DNA from: an uncultured Acidimicrobiia bacterium
GTDB lineage: Bacteria > Actinomycetota > Acidimicrobiia > Spongiisociales > UBA11373
NCBI GenBank assembly: GCA_964354255.1
Contig: CAYGYX010000001.1
Span: forward strand, 38,474 to 102,473
DNA: 64,000 bases
Direction: 5' to 3'
Part shown: piece after piece, positions 16,304 through 26,659 of the stretch
How positions within the stretch are numbered: position 1 is the first letter of the stretch
How the letters are laid out: each line of letters begins with the position of its first letter
Notes under the pieces: generated by a model
Database searches by the model: none
Seen by the model: the letters and a program-made list of their open reading frames with translations, nothing else
Told to the model about the DNA's origin: nothing
Translations under genes and position numbers: made by a program

Positions 16304-17754
16304 ACCGCGATCCCTTCGACACCCTGCGCTCCCGCAACCCGGCGCCCCCGGAGAGCCTGCCCGAGGCCCCCATGGCGGTGGCCAGCCGGATCACCGCCGG
16401 GCACCCCTCGCTGCGCCGCGGCCTGGCCATCGCCGCCGCCGCCGCCTCAGTGGTGCTGGTCGCCGGGGGTGGATGGCTGCTGTGGAGCCAGACCGGTGGA
16501 CGGCAGACGGTGGTGGCCCCGCCGACGACGACCTCGACCACTGCCGGCGAGACCACGACCACCGCTCCTGTGATAGTGGAGGAGGCCCCCACCGTGGTCG
16601 TGTACTTCCTCAAGGACGGCAAGTTGGTGCCGGTGGCGCGAGACCTCAGCGTGCTCAACGTGCGGCCGCTGCCGGACCTGGGACCGCTCACCGTCGAACT
16701 GCTCCTGTACGGGCCGGGAGCCTGGGACGCGGCACCTCTACCCGACCCGGTGGCCGCCGCCGAGGCCGAACTGACCACCTCCATCCCGGAGGGCACCGAA
16801 CTGCTCGGGCTGAGCGTCTCACCGGGCGTCGTGACGGTGGATCTGGCCGGACTCCAGAGCGAATCCCGGCTCGCCCCCCCGGAGGCCCTGGCCCAGATCG
16901 TGTTCACCCTTACCACGCTCTACGGGGTCGAGGACATCAGCTTCCTGGTCGAGGGGGTGCCCCACGCGGTGGTGGCCGAGACCCTCGCCCTCGTGCCCAG
17001 CGCCAGCCCCCCAGCCGGGGGCACGATGGTGGACCCGGTGACGCGTCTCACCTTCGAGGAGTTCATGTCGCCGGTCATGATCGAGAAGCCGGCCCTGGGC
17101 GGCACGCTCCAGAGCCCAGGCGTGGTCGCCGGTTCGGTGTCCTTCTTCGCGACCGGGGTGCGCCTGGTGCTCACCGACGACGACGGGAGCGTCCTCTGGG
17201 AGTCTCTCCCTGAGATCAGATGCGGCGCCCCCCTTGCTCCGGCATGTCGCGGAGTGGACGACTGGAGCACTTTCGAGGCTGACGTTCCGGCCGGCCTGGT
17301 GGACTACGGGCGGTGGGGCACGATCTCGGCGTTTCTCCTTTCGGACCGCTTCCTGCCGTATGCCCCGCACTCCCAGCCCGTCTGGTTGGTGCCCTTCGTG
17401 CCGTTCACGGAGGAGCCCGACATCCCCGAGGCGACCAGGACCACCGTGGGCTACGGCCTGGGCGACCTGCGCCCCTTCCCCGACGACCTCCTCACCGGAT
17501 GCGCTGCCGACACCGTGCGCGACCCGGCCGCCTTCGAGGCCGCCCTGGCGAACGGGCCGATCTCCATGGGCGACCTGTGCGCCGTCGTAGGGGTCCCCGA
17601 CTACGAGACGGGCAGCGGCCTGATGATCCCGGTCTACGACCTGGCCGACGGCAGCCGGCTCTACCTGGGCTACGCCGGGCTCGCGGCCGAAGACCTGATG
17701 TACGCCAACCTGGTGAGCCCGGATGGCAGGGTGCGGGACCTGCTGGGGGGGTAG
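16300..17754 (+). CDS. membrane-anchored GerMN-domain protein, putative anti-sigma / sigma-associated factor
   Basis: The ATG overlaps the sigma stop (ATGA). A short cytoplasmic N-terminus is followed by a TM (LAIAAAAASVVLVAGGGWLLW) and a T-rich linker. A GerMN-like segment (VVVYFLKDGKLVPVARDL...VELLLYGPGAWDAAPLPDP...GVVTVDLAG) and a ~250-aa C-terminal domain follow. Confidence 0.7.
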   Translation: MNRDPFDTLRSRNPAPPESLPEAPMAVASRITAGHPSLRRGLAIAAAAASVVLVAGGGWLLWSQTGGRQTVVAPPTTTSTTAGETTTTAPVIVEEAPTVVVYFLKDGKLVPVARDLSVLNVRPLPDLGPLTVELLLYGPGAWDAAPLPDPVAAAEAELTTSIPEGTELLGLSVSPGVVTVDLAGLQSESRLAPPEALAQIVFTLTTLYGVEDISFLVEGVPHAVVAETLALVPSASPPAGGTMVDPVTRLTFEEFMSPVMIEKPALGGTLQSPGVVAGSVSFFATGVRLVLTDDDGSVLWESLPEIRCGAPLAPACRGVDDWSTFEADVPAGLVDYGRWGTISAFLLSDRFLPYAPHSQPVWLVPFVPFTEEPDIPEATRTTVGYGLGDLRPFPDDLLTGCAADTVRDPAAFEAALANGPISMGDLCAVVGVPDYETGSGLMIPVYDLADGSRLYLGYAGLAAEDLMYANLVSPDGRVRDLLGG

Positions 17755-17772
17755 CCGGCCCTCACCCCAACT

Positions 17773-17812
17773 CTCTCCCGGCCGCTTCGGGCGGGAGAGG
17801 GGGTTTCCTTGC
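17773..17812 (+). terminator. putative intrinsic terminator downstream of the GerMN-domain gene
   Basis: Perfect 8-bp stem CTCTCCCG / CGGGAGAG with a ~11-nt loop, followed by GGGGGTTTCCTT. The U-tract is weak, as is common in high-GC genomes. Confidence 0.4.
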
Positions 17813-17985
17813 CCCTCCTTGCTCTGAGGGAGAGCCGCAAGGCGGCACCCGCCAGCGGAAGTTGCAGCCCCACGACAGGCGGCCGCCGGGCGGTGAGGGC
17901 AACCCCCAATCCACGCCCGCCGTAGGCACCGTCGCTACCTTGCCCTCTCCCTGACCCCTTCCCGCAGCCGGAGCTGCGGAAGCCC

Positions 17986-19410
17986 TCACCCCCCGCCCTC
18001 TCCCGGCAGGCCGGGAGCGGGAGCGATCCCCCGCCCCTCGGCCCACTCCCGTACCAATCGGAACGCCTCCTCCTCCGAGTAGGGGCCCTCGTCCAGACGG
18101 TGCTCCAGCAACAGGTCCATCACCTCTCCCACCATGGGGCCCGGCGGGATGCCGAGCAAAGCCATCACGGCGTGGCCGTCGATGGGCGGGCGGATCGCGT
18201 CGAGTTCTTCCCGCTCCCGGAGGGTGGCGATGCGCTCCTCCAACTCGTCGATCCGCCGTTCCACCGCCCGGGCCTTCTTGGGGTCGCGAGTAGTCACATC
18301 GCAGCGCACCAACGTGTTCAGGCGCTCTAGGAGCGGCCCGGCATCCCGCACGTAGCGGCGCACGGCCCGATCGGTCCAGCCCATCTTCAACGTGTGGGGC
18401 CGCAGGTGCAGGTACACCAACCCGGCCACCTCATCGATGTCGGCGCGGGAGTAGCGCAGCTCCCGCATCCGCGCCCCGGTGATGCGGGCGCCAACCACCT
18501 CGTGGTGATGGAAGGCCACCCCGCCCGGGCCGAAGGAGCGGGTGGCCGGCTTCCCGACGTCGTGAAAGAGGGCGGCCAGGCGGAGGATCCGGTCCCGCGG
18601 GCAGCGCCCCACGACGGCGACGGTGTGGGCGAGCACATCCTTGTGCTGGTGGATGGGATCCTGCTGCAGGCGGAGGGCGGCGATCTCCGGGAGGAACTCC
18701 CCGGCCAGCCCGCTCTCCACCAGCCCCCACAACCCCTGCTCCACCTGCTCCCCCCCCAGCAGCTTGTCCAGCTCGTCACGAATGCGCTCGGCCGACACGA
18801 TCGCCAGCCGCTCACGCATCGCCCGCACCGCCGCCACCGCCTCGCCGTCGGCTCGAAAGCCCAGGCAGCTGACGAAGCGGAACAGGCGCAGCATGCGCAG
18901 CGGGTCGTCGGCGAAGGCGATGCCGGGATCGAGCGGGGTGCGCAGCAGGCCGGCCCCCAGGTCGGCCAGCCCCCCGAACGGATCGATGATCTCCGGGCCG
19001 GGTACGAGACGCAGGGCGGTGGCGTTCACCGTGAAATCGCGGCGCGACAGGTCGGTCTCCAGATCGTCGGCGAACTGCACGATCGGCTTGCGGCTGTCGT
19101 CCCGGTACACCTCGGCCCGGTAGGTCGTTATCTCGGCGCGCACCCCGTCCTTGCTGAGGCCGATGGTGCCGAAGGTCTCCCCCACCGTGTACACCTCATC
19201 GGCCCAACCGCCCACCAGGCGGCGCACCTCCGCGGGGCGGGCGTCGGTGGTGAAGTCGTGCTCCTCGTCGGCCCGGGCCCGCCCGAGGAGGGCGTCGCGC
19301 ACGCTGCCCCCGACCAGATAGAGATCCCGACCGCCCTCGGCGAAGAGCCGGGCGAGGGACATGGGCACTCCGTCGGCGCGCAGCAGAGGGTCGAGACGGG
19401 CCGGGATCAT
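17986..19410 (-). CDS. cca: CCA tRNA nucleotidyltransferase (poly-A polymerase head domain + HD domain)
   Basis: 474 aa: LYLVGGSVRDALLGR...DHDFTT...RRDFTVNA...RMLRLFRFVSCLGF and the HD motif LAALFHDVGKP. Confidence 0.85.
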   Translation of the reverse strand: MIPARLDPLLRADGVPMSLARLFAEGGRDLYLVGGSVRDALLGRARADEEHDFTTDARPAEVRRLVGGWADEVYTVGETFGTIGLSKDGVRAEITTYRAEVYRDDSRKPIVQFADDLETDLSRRDFTVNATALRLVPGPEIIDPFGGLADLGAGLLRTPLDPGIAFADDPLRMLRLFRFVSCLGFRADGEAVAAVRAMRERLAIVSAERIRDELDKLLGGEQVEQGLWGLVESGLAGEFLPEIAALRLQQDPIHQHKDVLAHTVAVVGRCPRDRILRLAALFHDVGKPATRSFGPGGVAFHHHEVVGARITGARMRELRYSRADIDEVAGLVYLHLRPHTLKMGWTDRAVRRYVRDAGPLLERLNTLVRCDVTTRDPKKARAVERRIDELEERIATLREREELDAIRPPIDGHAVMALLGIPPGPMVGEVMDLLLEHRLDEGPYSEEEAFRLVREWAEGRGIAPAPGLPGEGGG

Positions 19411-19477
19411 GCCTCGCCATGGTAGGGCCCGGGGCCGGCCGCCACGGGGGACCGCACCGAGGCAGCCCTTCCGCGGG

Positions 19478-20596
19478 TCAGGTGGCGATCAGGCCCTGTT
19501 GCTGCGCCCGCAGCCGCAGATCGGCGGGCTTGGTGGCGTGGCGCAGGGCCTCGGCGAACGTGACCGTCCCCGAGGCGAACAGGCGCAGGATGGCCTGGTC
19601 GAAGCTCTCCATGCCGTAGTAAGACCCCTCGGCGATCACGTCGGGGATCTCGGAGGTCAGCGACGGATCGGTGATCCGCTCCGCTACCCGCTCCGTGTTG
19701 ATGAGCACCTCGGCCGCCACCACCCGACCCTTGCCGTCGGCCCGGGGCAGGAGCCGCTGGCTGATGATGCCCCGCAGCGTGCCGGCCAGTAGCAGACGCA
19801 CCTGCCGCTGCAGGGTGCCGGGGTAGAAGTCGAGGACGCGGCTGATCGTCTCGGCCGCGTCGAGGGTGTGCAGCGTCGAGAGCACCACGTGCCCGGTCTC
19901 TGCCGCCTTCAGCGCGGCATCGATGGTGGCCAGGTCGCGCATCTCCCCGATGAGGATCACATCCGGGTCCTGGCGCAACACCCGCCGCAGCGCCTCGGCG
20001 AAGCCGCCGGTGTCCTCCCCCACCTCGCGTTGATGGATCAGGGCGAGCCGGTCCTGGTGGACCACCTCGATGGGATCTTCGATGGTCACCACGTTCACCC
20101 GCCGCGTCCGGTTGATGGCGTCGAGCATCGCCGCCAGGGTGGTCGACTTGCCGCAGCCGGTCGGCCCGGTGACCAGGATGAGGCCGCGCGGCTCCTGCAC
20201 CAGCCGGCCGAGCACGGGCGGCAGGCCCAGATCGGCGAAAGTCTGCCCGGGCGGGGGCACCGGACGCAGGGCCACGCTGATCACTCCCCGCTGGAGGAAG
20301 GCGTTCACCCGAACCCGGCCGGTCTCCGCATCGGCCACCGCGAAGTCGGCCTCATGGGTGTCCTTGAACTCGACCCGCAATCGCGCGGGGAGGAGCCCGC
20401 TCAAGTACCGCTCGGTGTCCTCGGCGGTCACGACCCGGTAGTCGGTGGGCTGCAACTGGCCGTTGACCCGCAACATGGGCGGCACCCCGACCTTCAAATG
20501 CAGATCGGAAGCGCCCAGCCGCACCGTCTCGGCGAGCAAAACCCCAATGGAAGGAAGTTCGTGAGCCACCGTCCAAGCCCTATCGGCACGCTCCAT
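19478..20596 (-). CDS. pilT: type IV pilus twitching-motility ATPase PilT
   Basis: 372 aa: ASDLHLKVGVPPMLRVNG..., Walker A GPTGCGKSTTLAAM, Asp box and His box (VLSTLHT), and ILVTGPTG...VVTIEDPIE. This is the PilT/PilU family. Confidence 0.9.
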   Translation of the reverse strand: MERADRAWTVAHELPSIGVLLAETVRLGASDLHLKVGVPPMLRVNGQLQPTDYRVVTAEDTERYLSGLLPARLRVEFKDTHEADFAVADAETGRVRVNAFLQRGVISVALRPVPPPGQTFADLGLPPVLGRLVQEPRGLILVTGPTGCGKSTTLAAMLDAINRTRRVNVVTIEDPIEVVHQDRLALIHQREVGEDTGGFAEALRRVLRQDPDVILIGEMRDLATIDAALKAAETGHVVLSTLHTLDAAETISRVLDFYPGTLQRQVRLLLAGTLRGIISQRLLPRADGKGRVVAAEVLINTERVAERITDPSLTSEIPDVIAEGSYYGMESFDQAILRLFASGTVTFAEALRHATKPADLRLRAQQQGLIAT

Positions 20597-20629
20597 GGGG
20601 CCCTTGACCGGTTGCCTCCCCGGTGGCTC

Positions 20630-21655
<1,026 letters not shown>

Positions 21656-21725
21656 CGCGGGAGCCGGGTCATCTCGGCCCGCCGGGAGCCGAACCTCCCT
21701 ACCATCAGCCGGCGGTGAGGCGCGC

Positions 21726-22442
21726 GTGAGAACCCACATCCAGGGCACCTGGCCCGGGCTGGTGATCCTGCAGCGCGGCTGGTACCGGGCGGCCGCCCGC
21801 CCCTGGAACGACGACACCCCGATGGCCCACCTCCGGGTGGAGCGAGGCGGATCCGGCTTCCTGGCCGAGTGCGCCGGCGCCCTCCTGGAGTTGGAGGGCG
21901 TCACCGGGGTGCTTTCTCCCCCACTGCTGCTCGACGCCCGCCCACCCTGGGAGGAGGCCGGGTTCACCCTGCACGCCCGGCTGCTGCTGCTGCGGCGGGA
22001 GTTGGACGGCCTGGCCGAACCGGAGCACGTGGTCATGGCCGGCGACCGGCGAGACCTGGGCGAGGCGCTGGCCGTGGACCGCTCGGCCTTCGAACCGTTC
22101 TGGCGCCTGGATCCACTCGGCCTGCGCGAGGCGCTGGAGGCCACTCCGCGCAGCGCCGTTCACCTCGTGCGCCGTCCCGGCGGGGGCCTCACCGGCTTCG
22201 CCGTCACCGGGGTCGGGACCTCCCTGGCCTACCTGCAGCGCCTCGCCGTCGATCCCGCCTGGCAGTCCCGGGGCATCGGGCGGTCCCTGGTCCGCACCGC
22301 GGCCGCCTGGGCACACCGCCAAGGTGCCTCGGCTCTCCTCCTCAACACCCCCGACGGCAACCGGTCGGCCGCCTCCCTCTACGAGTCCGAGGGGTTCCAC
22401 ACCGTCACCCGGGACCTGGCCGTGCTGGCCCGCACTGCCTGA
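21726..22442 (+). CDS. GNAT family N-acetyltransferase
   Basis: The C-terminal half GFAVTGVGTSLAYLQRLAVDPAWQSRGIGRSLVRTAAAWAHRQGASALLLNT is a GNAT motif A/B core. The start is uncertain (GTG 21726 or ATG 21822). It is divergent from the HDAC gene. Confidence 0.7.
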   Translation: MRTHIQGTWPGLVILQRGWYRAAARPWNDDTPMAHLRVERGGSGFLAECAGALLELEGVTGVLSPPLLLDARPPWEEAGFTLHARLLLLRRELDGLAEPEHVVMAGDRRDLGEALAVDRSAFEPFWRLDPLGLREALEATPRSAVHLVRRPGGGLTGFAVTGVGTSLAYLQRLAVDPAWQSRGIGRSLVRTAAAWAHRQGASALLLNTPDGNRSAASLYESEGFHTVTRDLAVLARTA

Positions 22443-22512
22443 CCGCCCGCGGCTACCGGCGCAGCGCCTCTGAGCGCGGTATGGTCTGGCCCACTCGGCC
22501 CTGGACGGAGAG

Positions 22513-23346
22513 ATGATCCGCATCGTCACCGACTCATCGTGCGACCTCCCCGATGAGGTCCTCACCCGGCACCGCATCGAGGTGGTCCCTCTCACCATCC
22601 GCTTCGGAGAGGAGGAGTTGGTCGACCGCGAGGAGCTCAGCAGCGAGGAGTTCTGGCACCGTCTCACCACCGGTTCCACCCTCCCCGAGACCGCCGCCCC
22701 ATCGGTGGGGCGGTTCCAGCAGGCCTTCACCCGGTTGGTCTCGGCCGGCGCCGACGGCATCGTCGTCCTCTGCCTCTCCTCCAAGGTCAGCGCCACCATC
22801 CAGTCGGCCACCCTGGCCGCCGACCAGTTCACCGCCGGCATCCCGGTCCGGGTCATCGACAGCGGCCTGGTATCCGGAGCCCTGGGCCTGGCCGCCATCG
22901 AAGCGGCCAAGGCGGCCTCAGCCGGCGGATCTGTCGATGAGGTGGAGGCTGTCGCCCGGACCGCCTGCGAGCGCGGGCGCATCTTCGCCACCCCCAACAC
23001 GCTGGAGTACCTGCGTCGCGGGGGTCGTATCGGCGGGGCCGCCGCCTTGATCGGCGGCCTCCTCGACGTCAAGGTGCTCATCGGCTTCGAGGACGGCAAG
23101 GTCGCCGGCATCGGCCGGGTGCGCAGCCGCAAGCGGGCCCTGGCGGCCGTCATCGATCACGTTGGGGAGCACGCCGCCTCCATCGCCTGCCTCGGAGTCG
23201 TGCACTCGGACCCCAGCGAGCTCCCCGATTTTCTCCGGAGCCTCGCCGAGGTCTACGGCGGCGAGCCGATGATGTTCCGTTTCGGCCCCGTGGTCGGCAC
23301 CCACATCGGCCCGGGGGCACTGGGCGTCACCTACCTGGTGGCCTGA
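22513..23346 (+). CDS. DegV family fatty-acid-binding protein
   Basis: 277 aa. MIRIVTDSSCDLPDEVLTRHRIEVVPLTIRFGEE... and GALGLAAIEAAKAA match the DegV/EDD signature. Confidence 0.85.
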   Translation: MIRIVTDSSCDLPDEVLTRHRIEVVPLTIRFGEEELVDREELSSEEFWHRLTTGSTLPETAAPSVGRFQQAFTRLVSAGADGIVVLCLSSKVSATIQSATLAADQFTAGIPVRVIDSGLVSGALGLAAIEAAKAASAGGSVDEVEAVARTACERGRIFATPNTLEYLRRGGRIGGAAALIGGLLDVKVLIGFEDGKVAGIGRVRSRKRALAAVIDHVGEHAASIACLGVVHSDPSELPDFLRSLAEVYGGEPMMFRFGPVVGTHIGPGALGVTYLVA

Positions 23347-23421
23347 CCAGGACTGCCGCCGGGCCCGGCCGGCCATGAGAGCCGACTGCCCCCGCACGCC
23401 GGAGGCCCCCCCTCCGCCCGT

Positions 23422-24054
23422 TTGGAGGCCCGCCCTGAGCGACTCACCCACCGAGCCGGTAGCGTTGCGCCGGTGACCCGGCACGCCGACCCCGACACCG
23501 CCCTCATCGAGCGGTACCTGCGGGGCGACGTGGGGGCTTTCAACGACCTGATGCGCTCCCACGAGGGCCGCGTCTTCGCCATCTGCCTGCGCATGCTGCG
23601 CGATCGGGAGGCGGCGCTCGACGCCACTCAGGAGACTTTCATCACCGTCTTCCGTAAGGTCGACCGCTTCTCCGGGCATTCCGCCTTCTCTACCTGGCTG
23701 TACCGGGTCGCGGTGAACACCTGTTACGACCAGGCCCGCCGCCGCGGGCGGCGCCCCACCGAACCGCTCCCCGAGGAAGGGGGCCCGACCGACGATCGCA
23801 CGGCCACCGCCCTGGACTCCGCCGAGTTGCGCCCCGATCTCGAGGCCGCCCTGGCCGCCATCCCCGCGGAGTTCCGCGCTGCCGTCGTCCTGTGCGACGC
23901 CGAGGGCCTCGCCCTGCAGACCGTCGCCGAGATCCTGGGGGTCCCGGTGGGCACGGTGAAGTCCCGGGTCTTCCGGGGCCGCCGCCTGCTGGCCGCAGCT
24001 CTCGGGAACCTCCGGCCGGTTCCCAACCCTCTCAGAGACGAGCACCATGGCTAG
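23422..24054 (+). CDS. ECF sigma factor (SigM/SigE-like)
   Basis: ALIERYLRGDVGAFNDLMRSHEGRVFAICLRMLRDREAALDATQETFITVFRK (region 2) and LALQTVAEILGVPVGTVKSRVFRGRRLL (region 4). The start may be an internal GTG around 23464. Confidence 0.85.
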   Translation: MEARPERLTHRAGSVAPVTRHADPDTALIERYLRGDVGAFNDLMRSHEGRVFAICLRMLRDREAALDATQETFITVFRKVDRFSGHSAFSTWLYRVAVNTCYDQARRRGRRPTEPLPEEGGPTDDRTATALDSAELRPDLEAALAAIPAEFRAAVVLCDAEGLALQTVAEILGVPVGTVKSRVFRGRRLLAAALGNLRPVPNPLRDEHHG

Positions 24055-24805
24055 GTACGACCCAGACCGCATCGCCGCCCTCGCCGCCGGGCTCCTCGAG
24101 CCCGCCGAGGCCGCCGCCCTGGGGGAGGAGATCGCCGCCGATCCCCGCGCCGCCGCCGAACTGGCCGCCCAGCGCCTCGCCCTCCAGGCTCTCCGCCACA
24201 CCCCGGCCCCGGTGCTCTCCGCCGAGGAGCGAACCGAGCTGCGCCGGGCCGTGGCCGCCGCCCTCAACCTGGAGGAGGCCTCGGCGGCCAAAGTCGCCTC
24301 CTCCCGTCGCCGGGTCCCCTGGCGCCCGATCGCCGTGGCCGCCGCCGCCCTCGCGGCCGTTGCGGCGGTGGTCCCCCTGGTCGGCCTGCTCTCCGTCGGC
24401 AACGACCGGGCTGCCATGACCACCGTGGCCGAAGCCGACCTCACCGCCCGCACCGCAGACACCGGCGCCGCCGAGAGCCTCATGGGAGCGGATAGCTCCC
24501 CGCCCGACGCCGGCACCCTGGGCGCGGAGTTCTCCGCGGTGGCTGCCTACACCGATGCCGAGAAGGCGATCGACGATCTGCTGGCCGACCCGTCGCTGCT
24601 CATCGCCTCCGCCGATGCCGATCTCTCCACTTGTGAAGCCGAAGCTGGGTCCCTGCTCGGCGAGGACAGTCGCCCGGCCGCCGCCACCCTGCTCCGGGAA
24701 ACCGGTGAGGTGGTGGTCTGGTTCGTCTCGACGGACGCGACCACCGTACAGCGCCTGGCCGTCTTCGACCCGGTGGACTGCGATCTGCTCGCCTCACATC
24801 CCTGA
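24047..24805 (+). CDS. putative anti-sigma factor (single TM, RsdA/RsmA-like)
   Basis: The ATG overlaps the sigma gene stop by 8 nt. The N-terminus has a cytoplasmic sigma-binding helix pattern (MARYDPDRIAALAAGLLEPAEAAALGEEIAADPRAAAEL). A TM (PIAVAAAALAAVAAVVPLVGLL) is followed by an extracytoplasmic domain. Confidence 0.6.
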   Translation: MARYDPDRIAALAAGLLEPAEAAALGEEIAADPRAAAELAAQRLALQALRHTPAPVLSAEERTELRRAVAAALNLEEASAAKVASSRRRVPWRPIAVAAAALAAVAAVVPLVGLLSVGNDRAAMTTVAEADLTARTADTGAAESLMGADSSPPDAGTLGAEFSAVAAYTDAEKAIDDLLADPSLLIASADADLSTCEAEAGSLLGEDSRPAAATLLRETGEVVVWFVSTDATTVQRLAVFDPVDCDLLASHP

Positions 24806-24990
24806 AGGGCCGCCCGGGTAGGGAGGACGAGTCTCGGACCTGCCCCGAGGCACGCAGAGCCGAACCCTGCCTGACGCGGGGAAACGCGGGGCACGGCGGC
24901 GAACAGGACAGGGTGTTCTGCCCGGCCAGTGCCCTATCGGCTGGGCCCCTAAGGGCCTTCGCCCTCCCGGCCGACTAACCTCGTCACATC

Positions 24991-25314
24991 GTGGAGGACT
25001 TCTCCAAGCGCATCCCCGATATGCTCGAGGCGGCCACTGACAAGGTTCGCTCGCTCACCGTCGACCGGGCGGCCCGCGCCCTCAAGTGGCTCGCCCTCGG
25101 CTTGGTAATCGCCGGCCTGGTGTTGCTGGCGGTGTTTTTCCTGCTCATAGGCCTCGGCCGCATAACCGAAGGGCTGATCGCCCGGGCCTGCGGGGACTGC
25201 TCCTGGGCCATGGAAGTCGCCTACGCCGCGATCGGGGGATTGTTTCTGCTCTTCGGGGTGTTGCTCTGGGCGGCGAGGACTCGCCGCAAGAGCCCCGAGG
25301 AACCGAGGCAATGA
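24991..25314 (+). CDS. small 2-TM membrane protein (actinobacterial holin-X / DUF1469-like)
   Basis: 107 aa, GTG start. An amphipathic N-terminus is followed by two TM helices (WLALGLVIAGLVLLAVFFLLIGL; AAIGGLFLLFGVLLWAA) and a basic tail. Its stop overlaps the trxB ATG (ATGA). Confidence 0.5.
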   Translation: MEDFSKRIPDMLEAATDKVRSLTVDRAARALKWLALGLVIAGLVLLAVFFLLIGLGRITEGLIARACGDCSWAMEVAYAAIGGLFLLFGVLLWAARTRRKSPEEPRQ

Positions 25315-26228
25315 CCGATCGCATCGCCATCGTCGGCTCCGGCCCGGCCGGGCTGACGGCTGCCATCTACACCGCCCGTGCCGAACTGGCCCCGCGGGTC
25401 TTCGAAGGGATCGAGGCGGGCGGGCAGCTCATGCTCACCACCGAGGTGGAGAACTACCCGGGGTTCCCCGACGGCATCCTGGGCCCAGAGCTCATGGAGT
25501 TGCTGCGCCGCCAGGCCGGGCGCTTCGGCGCTCACCTGGAGGCGGCCCAGGTCACTCGGGTCGACCTCTCCACCCGCCCGTTCCGTCTCTGGGTCGATGA
25601 CCAAGAACACCACGCCGACACCGTCATCATCGCCACCGGGGCCGCGGCCCGCTGGCTCGGAGTGCCCGGCGAGGAGCGGCTGCTCGGTCACGGGGTCTCG
25701 GCCTGCGCCACCTGCGACGGCTTCTTCTTCAAGGGCCGTCCCGTGGCCGTCGTCGGCGGCGGCGACTCGGCCATGGAAGAGGCGCTCTTCCTGACCAAGT
25801 TCGCCACCCAGGTCACCGTCATCCACCGCCGCGACGCCCTCCGGGCTTCGGCCATCATGGCCCGGCGCGTCCTCGAGCATCCGAAGGTCCAGGTTCGCTG
25901 GAACTCGGTCGTCGAGGAAATTCTCGGCGACGGCGCCGTTACCGGCGTCCGGCTGCGCGATGTCGTGACCGGTGCCGTAGCCGACCTCCCGTTGGAGGGG
26001 GTCTTCGTCGCCGTCGGCCACGACCCCCGCACCGATCTGTTCCACGGCCAGTTGGAGCTCAACGAGAAGGGCTACCTACGCACCATCGAAGGCACGATGA
26101 CCTCGGTTGCCGGGGTCTTCGGCGCCGGCGATGTGGTCGACTTCACCTACCGGCAGGCGGTGACGGCCGCCGGCATGGGCTGCCGGGCGGCCATCGACGC
26201 CGAGCGCTGGCTCGAGGCCCAGCAATGA
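25311..26228 (+). CDS. trxB: thioredoxin-disulfide reductase
   Basis: M76 of ORF 25086..26228. MTDRIAIVGSGPAGLTAAIYTARA..., the redox-active CATCDG and the NADPH site GGGDSAMEEA are present. Confidence 0.9.
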   Translation: MTDRIAIVGSGPAGLTAAIYTARAELAPRVFEGIEAGGQLMLTTEVENYPGFPDGILGPELMELLRRQAGRFGAHLEAAQVTRVDLSTRPFRLWVDDQEHHADTVIIATGAAARWLGVPGEERLLGHGVSACATCDGFFFKGRPVAVVGGGDSAMEEALFLTKFATQVTVIHRRDALRASAIMARRVLEHPKVQVRWNSVVEEILGDGAVTGVRLRDVVTGAVADLPLEGVFVAVGHDPRTDLFHGQLELNEKGYLRTIEGTMTSVAGVFGAGDVVDFTYRQAVTAAGMGCRAAIDAERWLEAQQ

Positions 26229-26305
26229 GAGCAGGCAATCCCCAGTTGACCCCTACCGGCGGCACACTGACGAGGAGGTGAAGGCCGCTCGCCCGGCCAC
26301 CCAGC

Positions 26306-26635
26306 ATGGCAGAGAAGACCGTCAAGGCCACCGACCCCACCTTTGCCGACCTCATCTCCGGCGACAAGCCGGTCCTCGTCGATTTCTGGGCAGAGTGGTG
26401 TGGGCCGTGTCGCATGGTCGCCCCCTTCCTCGAGGAGATCGCCGCCGAGTACGCCGAGAAGATCACGGTCGCCAAGCTCAACGTCGACGAGAACCCGCAG
26501 ACGGCCATGCAGTTCGATGTGATGAGCATCCCCACCCTCATCGTGTTCCGCAACGGGCGGCCCACCCATACCCGCATCGTCGGCGCCCGCCCCAAGGCCG
26601 CCCTGCTCGGCGAGCTCGCCGAGTACCTCGCCTGA
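26306..26635 (+). CDS. trxA: thioredoxin
   Basis: 109 aa with the WCGPC active site: VLVDFWAEWCGPCRMVAP. Confidence 0.9.
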   Translation: MAEKTVKATDPTFADLISGDKPVLVDFWAEWCGPCRMVAPFLEEIAAEYAEKITVAKLNVDENPQTAMQFDVMSIPTLIVFRNGRPTHTRIVGARPKAALLGELAEYLA

Positions 26636-26659
26636 GTTTTCTGGCACCATGGGGCCACC

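Noticed and set aside
21656-22144. 163-codon upstream extension of the HDAC ORF
   Set aside because: It is Ser/Arg-rich and low-complexity, and it runs through the divergent GNAT promoter and coding region. HDAC homologues start at the MCEPDGVRLLLYTHP position.
24860-24900. Direct repeat GCGGGG AAAC GCGGGG in the anti-sigma / holin-like spacer
   Set aside because: Two 6-mers are too short and GC-rich to distinguish from chance in this genome. No hairpin or further copies are visible.
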